Assembly (NCBI GenBank): GCA_002269645.1 | Contig: NIVC01000426.1 | Span: 372,001-436,000 of the forward strand | DNA from: Macrostomum lignano | Taxonomy: Eukaryota | Length of the DNA stretch: 64,000 nt | Direction: 5' to 3' | Part shown: one piece after another, positions 24,077 to 32,734 of the stretch | How the letters are laid out: every line of letters begins with the position of its first letter | Numbering within the stretch: position 1 is the stretch's first letter | Program-made: the position numbers and the translations under genes | The notes under the pieces: generated by a model | What the model was told of the DNA's origin: nothing | Seen by the model: only the letters and a program-made list of their open reading frames with translations | Database searches by the model: none

Positions 24077-27000
24077 ATGTTGCATCTGCGGCCGAATCTG
24101 ACCCCACTGCTGCTCCTGCTAATCACTGCTCTGATGTCGGACGCTCAATCACCAAGTCCGCCTCCTAGTGGCGGCGGCAGCTCCATGCTGGAGTTGCTGA
24201 TGCGAATGCGGAACCCCGACGATGGCAGCGGCAGCGGTGTCGGAAACAGCAGCGGCAGCGCCTCCGACAGCGTGATCTCGCGCTACATGGCGAAAATGCG
24301 CACCAGAGGAGCCAACGGCAACAGCAGCAGCAGCGGCAGCAGCAGCAGCGGCCGCGTCGGCAAGGGCCATCCTGATTTCGACTCGAGCTACCTGAGCAGC
24401 ATCCAAAAGGTTACGGGCGGCAACGATGAATCAGTGGTGCAGTATGGCTTGTTCGTGTACAGCAACTACCAAGGATTTCTGGCGTGAGTCCTAGTGAAAT
24501 ATTGATTGCCAGTAGTTAGAGGACTTTAAATCTGTAGAAGCTTCCTGTAAGGCTCGCGGCTTCAAATGATATTTTCAATTTTTAATGCCTCGCTGAACTC
24601 GAGAGAAGACTAATTTTCTTCAGCGACGAAGTTGAGGGATGAGATGAGGCTCGCTGAGATTGAGGCTCGCTTCTCTGCGCTTCCGTGACATCGAATTTTG
24701 TTACTTCTCGCTCATTTTTCTTCCCATCCTATCTGTAAACAAGGCGGCGGCGGCGGCAATCAGGCCTCTGCATGCACTTTCTAGGCCCGCCCACGCAACG
24801 ACTCTCTGCAGGCTGTGCGACCTTAGCCAGGCGCACTGGCAAGCTAAATTATGTTCTCCAGTCATTTGCCGGCTAGCCAGCCAATTCGAATGGACTGACG
24901 CAAAACCGGGATATTTTTATCATGAATTGTCTGTCCATGCTTCTTTAGTCTGTGATTATATTATAATCTTCATGAAACCCTTTCCTCCCCTTCTTCTCCT
25001 CTCAGTCTCACAGCAACCTCGCACCCTGCCCTTTCCTCTCCCCTCAGTGTCACAGCCACTTCACTCCCTGCCCTTTTCTCTCCCCTCAGTGTCACAGCCA
25101 CTTCACTCCCTGCCCTTTCTTCTCCCCTCAGTGTCACAGCCACCTCACTCCCTGCCCTTTTCTCTCCCCTCAGTGTCACAGCCACTTCACTCCCTGCCCT
25201 TTCCTCTCCCCTCAGTGTCACAGCCACCTCACACACTGCCCTTTCCTCTCCCCTCAGTGTCACAGCCACCTCGCACACTGCCCCTTTCTTCTCCCCTCAG
25301 TCTCACAGCCACCTCACTCCCTGCCCTTTCCTCTCTCCTCAGTCTCACAGCCACCTCACTCCCTGCCCTTTCCTCTCTCCTCAGTCTCACAGCCACCTCG
25401 CACACTGCCCCTTTCTTCTCCCCTCCAGTCTCACAGCCACCCCATGCTTTCACAGCGCGTTTCAAATTCTCAGCAACAGTCGCATATCATCTAATCTCTA
25501 CCCCGCCCCCGAACCCCAGTCCGTCGACCACCCCGCTGCAAGTGCAGGCGCACGTATCGCCGCTGCACCTGTCCCGACGGTCCGATCAGCAGCGGCAAGA
25601 CTCGCTGACAGCTCGCCTGACCCTGCGACTCTACTGGCGCGACGCCCGGCTGGCATTCAACAACACGCGCGTCTCTCGGGTTCAGCTGTACCATACATTT
25701 CTCAAAAAGTTATGGAAGCCGAGTATTCAGTTCTTAACCGCGACAGGCCAGCAGGACTTCGCGGTGGTCATGGCAACTGTGGATGCAGACGGTCTGGTTA
25801 CTCTGACGCAGCGTCTAAACGTGGGCTTGGAATGCGCTGAGAATCAGGTAGCATGATTTTAATTATTTTTCTATTATTTGTCTAGATAATTACCCCCTTA
25901 GAGAAGTGATTTTTGCTAAAACCCATGATTATTAAGACAAATAAGACCAACTCATAGGTGCAAATTCTACACAGGCCACTCATCCCTCAGTTTTAGCAGT
26001 CACCTCACGCCTTCCCCCACCCCCTAGTATTTGCAGCCACTTCACGCCTTCCCCCACCCCTCATTATTTGCAGCCACCTCACGCCTTCCCCACCCCTCAG
26101 TTTTTGCAGCCACCTCACGCCTTCCCCACCCCTCATTCCTTGCAGCCACCCACGCCTTCCCCAACCCCTCATTCCTTGCAGCCACCCCACGCCTTCCCCA
26201 ACCCCTCATTCCTTGCAGCCACCCCACGCCTTCCCCGACCCCTCATTCCTTGCAGCCACCCCACGCCTTCCCCCACCCCTCATTATTTGCAGCCACTTCA
26301 TGCCTTCTCCAACCCCTCAGTTTCTGCAGCCACCTCACGCCTTCCCCCACCCCTCATTCCTTGCAACCACCCCACGCCTTCCCCAACACCTCATTCCTTG
26401 CAGTCACCCCACGCCTTCCCCAACACCTCATTCCTTGCAGTCACCCCACGCCTTCCCCAACACCTCATTCCTTGCAGTCACCCCACGCCTTCCCCCCACC
26501 CCTCATTATTTGCAGCCACATCACGCCTTCCCCAACCCCTCATTCCTTGCATCGACCTTGCGCCTTCTCCTGCCAGAACTCTAGCTTTTGAAGTACAATA
26601 ACTAAATGTACATATCGGTAAAGCTTCAAGGCTAGATAAAAATCCAAACCCAATCCCTCAGCTGCACCTGCTCCCGCTGGACACTCTGAAGTGCGACGCA
26701 ACATTAAGCGTTAGCACCGCGTCCCAGTCTCAGCAAAAGCTCGACTGGTTACTGCCTGGCAACGCCTCTTTCAATTGGCCAATCGGCAGTCAGGTCAGCG
26801 ACTTGATTCTGACAGACGTGCAATTTCTGGACGGGAACGCTCGAGAGGAGATGGCCAGTCTGACGCTTCGGCTAAAATTGCGCCGTCAGTTGGCGCGCTT
26901 CTTGGTTGCCGCCTACGCGCCTAGCGCGCTGCTTGTGGCGCTGTCGGCTTGCAGCTTGCGCTCCGGCCGGTCCGGCATGTGCGCCGGCTGCGCTGCTGGC

Positions 27001-27989
27001 GCCTTCCTGCTCTGGTGGCTCCTGGCTCAGCAGGTTCGCAGAATTGAATTCTTAAAGCGTTTTATTACTATTATAAGCTCTTGTAAGGTGCTAATTTTTC
27101 GTTAAAAATGCGATTTTCAAACTCGCAATTTTTTTTGCGCGCCACCTCAATGAATGAATGAAATTCTATTTACATTCTTTCTCGCTACTCATCAGTAGGC
27201 GATCTTTAATATTGCTGATTTGCAGATTGAAGGGTTTTTAGAGGTTTTAGAGCCATCGTGGACAAGCCTAAGGATCTGGGAGGGTGGCGGTGGCCCAACA
27301 ACTGAGGATCTGGGAGGCACTGGCCCCACAACTGAGGATCTGGGAGGCTGGCGTAGTAACTGTGGGTGGCCTCAATATCTGGAGGGGTAGCACACTGATC
27401 GAGAATCTGAGATTGATAGTAGCACTCCGATACGAATCAATTATTACAGTGTCTTTTACACGCTCTTTACACGCATTGTGAACGAGCCTTCAAGCTCCAT
27501 CTCATGGTCTCATTCTACCGGTGCACCATTCAAACTGAATTCGATTGTTCGCAGACTTACGGCCGGGCGCCGCCCGACTCGCTGCTCGGCCTGTGGCTGC
27601 TCGGCTGCAGCGGCCTCACCGCATTGGCCACATTTGCGGCCGAGCTGGCCCGGGCCGTCCAGCTTAGACGCGGGCGTCTCCATGGCAACGAAGACCACCC
27701 GAGCGACGAGTCCGGCCGAGCGAACGGCTCGGCCAACAAGCGGAGAGTCGATCATGACGGCGCCCCCGCCGGCACTGCCGCCGCCTCCGCCGCTGCCGCC
27801 ATTCCGCTGATTTCATCGCCAGCTGCTGCAACCGAGACGGACAACTGTAGGCGACTTCAGCAACGCCGCAGTCGCGTACGGAGCTGCCTGCTGACCGGCC
27901 TGCTGACCCTGCACCTTCTCGTTTGCGTGGCCCTGCTGGCTGCTTACGCCATGGTGGTGGCTCTGCGTCTGGGCGCTGGCACAGACTGA
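24077..27989 (+). CDS. Highly divergent Cys-loop ligand-gated ion channel subunit (closest in style to the GABA/glycine/GluCl group); exons 24077..24483, about 25456..25847 (5' junction unresolved), 26662..27033, 27555..27989
   Basis: Signal peptide; LRLYWRDARLAF...LKKLWKPSIQF...DGLVTLTQRL (loop A/WxPD-type region); spliced Cys-loop CAENQ/LHLLPLDTLKC; pre-M1/M1 LRRQLARFLVAAYAPSALLVALS; M3-like GLWLLGCSGLTALATFAAEL; C-terminal M4. The exon 1 donor phase (2) does not match the visible exon 2 acceptors (phase 1), so a small exon may be missing from this model. Confidence 0.72.
24975..25445 (+). repeat. 42-bp tandem repeat (CTCCCCTCAGTGTCACAGCCACTTCACTCCCTGCCCTTTTCT) in an LGIC intron
   Basis: Direct observation; 14-aa periodicity in the ORF track. 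Confidence 0.9.
25985..26570 (+). repeat. 36-37-bp C-rich tandem repeat (GCAGCCACCCCACGCCTTCCCCAACCCCTCATTCCTT) in an LGIC intron
   Basis: Direct observation. Confidence 0.9.
27265..27352 (-). repeat. Three degenerate units of the 28-bp satellite, inverted, in the last LGIC intron
   Basis: AGGATCTGGGAGGCTGGC and CAACTGAGGATCTGGGAGG are reverse complements of the satellite monomer. Confidence 0.8.
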
Positions 27990-28713
27990 CAGATGAGGCA
28001 GAGGCTGTGTACCAAATAGGGGACGTCAAGTAGCCTCTTAGGAAGGCCGCTGCAACCGCTAGTTGTGAAATTTTTTCTGCAAAATGCATCTATATCAAGA
28101 TTAGGAAGTTTTCAGCTTTGAACAAATGATCACTGTTCCTATTTTAGTGAGAGCCCATTAAAAGCTCCGAAACTTCCTATCTTACTACTGCATTATGCAA
28201 GCAAGAACAAGACAAGAACTGGAAAAGGCTTTTCTCTATCCATTTTCTAGAAACTAATCATTTCTATTTGTTTTAACTCGTTAAACATCCTCCCGAAGTC
28301 CCGTCCGACTGTTAACGAACGGCGTACCGACCCCGATTTCTCCGAGGAACAGAGGGAAACCTAATTTTGTTATTTACGAGTAACTTAACAACGAATTTCG
28401 CAATAAAAGTGGCAGTTGGATTATCGCGATCATTGACAGTTCGAATAATTTGATATAAGTTACAAACCCTAGCAACAATCAATTGGCTGCATGATGAAGG
28501 CCTTAGTTATTAATTGTTTAACTTAAGGTTGTGCAAGTGTACAAGGTCTACTAAAGCTTGAAGTTTCTGTCCAAGCCAAGAGCGGGGTCCCCTACCTCAA
28601 CGTGGAGAAGATGGCCGCCACAAGACTCCGCATCGTCTGCTGGAAGGCGAGAGTTCGCCTAAGCAAAAATGCAGCTGATCAATTGCTACTATCAATTTTC
28701 TTTGATTTCTAAG

Positions 28714-28863
28714 ATGCGCAGATCCTTGCTGTACTGCAGCGCAAGGCCTACGCGTGGACCAGGTCGTGTGAACACGATGCACTGGCCCGACTCATCAAAA
28801 ACCGGATTAATTACTTGGTAGACCAATGGCCTACGTTAGAGGAATTAATCTCTAAAGAACAGA
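28714..28863 (-). pseudogene. RNU2: U2 snRNA 3' part (from TCTGTTCTT to the 3' end), distal copy
   Basis: Minus strand: TCTGTTCT, stem IIa TTAGAG-ATTAATTC-CTCTAA, CG, stem IIb TAGGCC-ATT-GGTCTA, stem IIc partner AATTAATC, Sm-like GGTTTTTGA, stem III GGGCCAG..TCGTG-TTCA-CACGA..CTGGTCC, stem IV GCGTAGG-CCTTG-C-GCTGCAGTAC-AG-CAAGG-A-TCTGCGC with the conserved YGCAGUAC loop. Confidence 0.88.
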
Positions 28864-30380
28864 GCGAAAGGCCCTGCCCGTCGGCCGAGTATCCGACGGT
28901 CGGGCAATATATTTAAGTATTTAAACGATGCGATATGAGCGGAAATATTTGGCCAAGAGCCTGATGATGCTACTGAGAGTAGCTAAAAACGGGTTCGCAG
29001 GATGCGTAAAACAGTAAAACATTGAAGTAAATGCAATTAAAACAGTGGGAAAAAGTGAAGGCGCAGGAGACGGGGTGGCGGCGGGGATGAGCGCGAGAGG
29101 CGGAATCACAGCGAAAAGTGCTAACAGAGTGCATGAACTTCGAGACAGTAAAAAGTAAAATATTAAAGAAAAACAAAGTAAAACAAAAATGCAGAGTGGA
29201 AGATAAATAAAACAGGTAAAAGTAAAGGTAACAGGGTGGGCTGAGATGAGCAGAGTTTGGCAGAGTTCGGCACAAAATCAGTGGATTTGAGGTGCGCCGG
29301 TGCAGTGCTCCACCCACGTGTTGCGGCTCCAGTGGATGCAGTGCAGCGCCAGTCGTCGTTGGAGGTGCCGGATGTCGCGCTCGCGCAGGCCTGCAGCGCG
29401 CAGGATGGCGCTGTTGAAAGGCGACCAGGCGCCCAGCGAGCCGATGCAGAAAGTAGCCAGGGCCGTTGGCGCCTCTGCGCTGAGCTGCTGCGTGATGCCG
29501 GCGTACTTCTGGCATACGGCTCGGTGCTTGCGTGGGAACGTGGCCGGCCCGACCTCGAACGGCGACTTGACTTCGATCAGGAGACGGCGGCCTCTGTCTG
29601 GATCCATGATGCTGATGTCAGGTCGCAGATCAGAGCCGGGAAGGACCTCCTGGTCGGTGGTGATGGTCGCGTTTGGGCGGGCCTCGCTGATGGCGGTGGC
29701 GACGGCGTTGACGATGCCGTCGTGGCGGTCCCTCCACCTGGCCGCGTGCACCGGGCAGCTGTTGATGACGTGGCCGAGCGTCTCGACGCCGGCTCCGCAG
29801 CGGCGGCATCGCGGGTCGGATGTCGGGTCGGCCAGTCTCCGGAGCGCGTTGGTGGGCACCAGGTTGAGCCGCGCTCGGTGGATGAAGCGCCAGTCGCAGG
29901 CGCGCATGCCGGTGCTGCTGAACAGCCAGGTGTGGCTGCCGATGTGCGTGGCAGTCGTGGCGCATCGGCCTTGGGAGTGGCACCCGCGCCAGGCCGCCGT
30001 GTGCGCTGCCCTGACCACCTGGTGAAGCCTCCGGGTGATTGCTGCCGCTCTGTCACAGCGCTGGATTGTTCCGGACAGCGGGTCGCGCCACTCCAGGCTG
30101 GCCGTCCAGTCGTTGCTGATGGTGAAGCGCAGCCCGGTCGCGTGGAGCACTTCGCGGGTGGCGTGGCGGACTTGGAACCACCAGCTGGCCGTTTCTCCGC
30201 TGGGTGGCAGTGCTGCGCCATTGAGGAAATCGGCGACGTCGCGAGGTCGGACAGGTGCAGCCCGGAGCCGTAGGCGGCGTTGGACCAGACCGCGCAGTTC
30301 GGCCCAGGCTAGCTCTCTGAGCGCGGCGTCGGTGCAGCAGAGTCGCCTGACGGCCTCGGTGACCTTCTGGACGGCTGCCT
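28864..30380 (-). mobile_element. 5'-truncated non-LTR retrotransposon with restriction-like endonuclease (NeSL group, Utopia-like), copy B
   Basis: The ORF ending at 29278 encodes a CCHC knuckle (CRRCGAGVETLGHVINSC), RHDGIV, PD-(D/E)xK endonuclease (LRPDIS...IEVKSPF), KY and GSLGAW. A T-rich 3' UTR of about 410 nt ends exactly at U2 TCTGTTCTT. Confidence 0.88.
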
Positions 30381-30473
30381 CAAGACTCCGCATCGTCTGC
30401 TGGAAGGCGAGAGTTCGCCTAAGCAAAAATGCAGCTGATCAATTGCTACTATCAATTTTCTTTGATTTCTAAG

Positions 30474-30632
30474 ATGCGCAGATCCTTGCTGTACTGCAGC
30501 GCAAGGCCTACGAGCCGTACGCGTGGACCAGGTCGTGTGAACACGATGCACTGGCCCGACTCATCAAAAACCGGATTAATTACTTAGTAGACCAATGGCC
30601 TACGTTAGAGGAATTAATCTCTAAAGAACAGA
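30474..30632 (-). pseudogene. RNU2: U2 snRNA 3' part, proximal copy (carries a 9-nt insertion at the base of stem IV)
   Basis: Nearly identical to 28714..28863, with one substitution and an extra GAGCCGTAC (+ strand) near 30512..30520. Confidence 0.88.
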
Positions 30633-31833
30633 ACGAAAGGCCCTGCCCCTCGGACGAGCTACCGAGAGTGGGGGCAATATATTTAAGTATTAAAGGAAAT
30701 TAGTAGGCGAGGACAGATGATTGTAAAGGCGACGGCGAGCGAGGGCTCATGCAAAAGAAATAGAGCGGCGAAAGTTAAAGCAAATTGAGCAGAATAAAGC
30801 GTTTCAAAAGAATTTTAGAAGACAACGGGAAGCGGGATAAAAAGGGGAGTGGCAGTAAAAGCAGACGAAAACAAAAGGATGAAATAAAAAAGAAATAAAA
30901 TAAAATAGACCAAAATGGATAAAAAAAAAAGGATGGGTGAGAGAGTATTAAATGCAAAATAGATAAATGAGATATAAAGGTGGTGAAAACAGGCGCGGAC
31001 GTCCCAAAAGGAGCAACGGGCAATAATTAGGGTCAGAAAGCGCGGAGACCCAAAACGGTCAGGCGAAGGCACAGGCACAGGTGCATCAGAAAGCTTGCGG
31101 GGCGCCCGTGCAGTGCTCCACCCACGAATTGCGGCTCCAGTGGATGCAGTGGAGCGCAAGCTGGCGCTGGAGGCTGCGAATGACGCGCTCGGCGAGCCCG
31201 GCCGCACGCAGGATGGTGTTGTTGTGCGGCGACCAGGAGCCAAGCGCTCCGACACAAAGAGTCGCCAGGGCCGTAGGTGCGTCCTCCTTCAGCCGCTGGG
31301 TCAGGCCAGCGTATTTCTCGCAGACGGCCCGGTGCTTACGCGAATAGGTAGTCGGGCCGGCCTCCATCGGTGTCTTGACTTCGATCAGCAGGCGCCGTCC
31401 TCGAGCCGGGTCCTCGACGCTGATGTCGGGACGGAGGCCAGAACCAGGCAGCACCTCCTGATCGTTGAGCACCGTCGCAGTCGGACAGGCCTTCTGGATG
31501 GCACCGGCGATCGCGCTGACGACGCCGTCGTGGCGGTCTCTCCATCGTCCCGCATGCACAGGGCAGGCGCTAAGGACATGACCGAGGGTCTCCGCCTCAG
31601 CGCCGCATCGCCTGCAGCGGGCGTCGGCTGTCGGGTCAGCGAGCCGCCGCGTCACATTCGTTGGAATGAGGTTGAGGCGGGCGCGATGTACGAAGCGCCA
31701 GTCACACACGCGCATCCCGGTGCTGTTGAACAGCCAGGTGTGCCCGCCGATGTGTGTCGCCGTCGTCGCGAAGCGGCCCTGGGAGCGGCATTGGCGCCAC
31801 GCCGATGTGTGCGCCGATCTGACGACCTCGTGC
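30633..31833 (-). mobile_element. 5'-truncated Utopia-like RLE retrotransposon, copy A (a different subfamily from B)
   Basis: The ORF ending at 31086 encodes CRRCGAEAETLGHVLSAC, RHDGVV, LRPDIS...IEVKTPM and GALGSW. The 3' UTR of about 450 nt ends at U2 TCTGTTCTT, and the 5' end abuts the U2 5' fragment. Confidence 0.88.
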
Positions 31834-31842
31834 AGCCAATAA

Positions 31843-31872
31843 TGATCTTAGCCAATAAGGCCGAGAAGCGAT
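31843..31872 (-). ncRNA. RNU2: U2 snRNA 5' end (nt 1-30) of the interrupted gene
   Basis: Minus strand reads ATCGCTTCTCGGCCTTATTGGCTAAGATCA, against canonical U2 ATCGCTTCTCGGCCTTTTGGCTAAGATCA. Confidence 0.92.
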
Positions 31873-32282
31873 AAGGATTATTGTAACAGAAACCAATCTA
31901 TTTTAAATAACTGAGCCGTACACTAGTCAGAGGCCCTTGTTTTCGTAGCACCTACCATCTTGTTCACTAAACTTGAATAAATAGTGTTCAATGTGTAAAT
32001 ATCGTACAGAAACGGACCGGTAATACTAAAAAAATTCTTATTTTAAAATGAAGTGACAAAACAAATTATTTTATAAAATCTAAAAATCTAATTTCAATTT
32101 TAAACAATTTATATACACTATCGAACTATTTTGACCCAAAAGGAATGCGCAAATAGCTCTACTGTAAGTATGAGGACGCAATTATATGCAATTTTAACTA
32201 TTGCTGACTCAAACCGTTGGGGCAACTTGGGACGGGAGTTTTCGATTGGTGGAAAGCGGAGAGGCAGGACTGGGGTCCCGCA

Positions 32283-32613
32283 GGGTTGGTTTCAACTTCA
32301 CAACCGCTAAAAATTTTGCACATACTTTCATATACTGCAGTCTTTTTAGCGGTTGTGAAGTTTCGCGGTTATGAAGTTTCGCGGTTGTGAAAGTAGATGA
32401 CTTTAGCGGTTGTGAAGTTTCGCGTTTGTGAAGTTTCGCGCTTATGAAAGTGGGTGATTTAGCGTTGTGAAGTTTCGCGTTTGTGAAGTTGCGCGTTTAT
32501 GAAAGTGACTGCAAAAAAATTAGCGGTTGTGAAGTTTCGCGGTTATGAAGTTTCGCGGTTGTGAAAGTAAATGATTTAGCGGTTGTGAAATTTCGCGTTT
32601 GTGAAAGCAACCC
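32283..32613. mobile_element. MITE with 12-bp TIR (GGGTTG[G/C]TTTCA), 8-bp TSD GTCCCGCA and internal GCGGTTGTGAAGTTTC subrepeats
   Basis: TSD at 32275..32282 and 32614..32621. An inverted subterminal motif (CTTCACAACCGCTAA) lies near the left end. An 8-bp TSD fits hAT or Merlin. Confidence 0.82.
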
Positions 32614-32734
32614 GTCCCGCAAGCCAGCTGCATTGAAGCTATGAGAATAGGGAGGCAATATAATCTAGCTTTAGAATTTCAGAAATTTTCACAAATTGCG
32701 TTTTGCACGGCGCACACATCTTACTCTGTGATTT

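Noticed and set aside
28621-31872. Spliced-leader RNA (NeSL proper) or 28S rDNA (R2) as the target of the RLE elements
   Set aside because: The flanks fold as U2 and the 5' flank is a near-exact U2 5' end. No SL or rDNA sequence was recognised.
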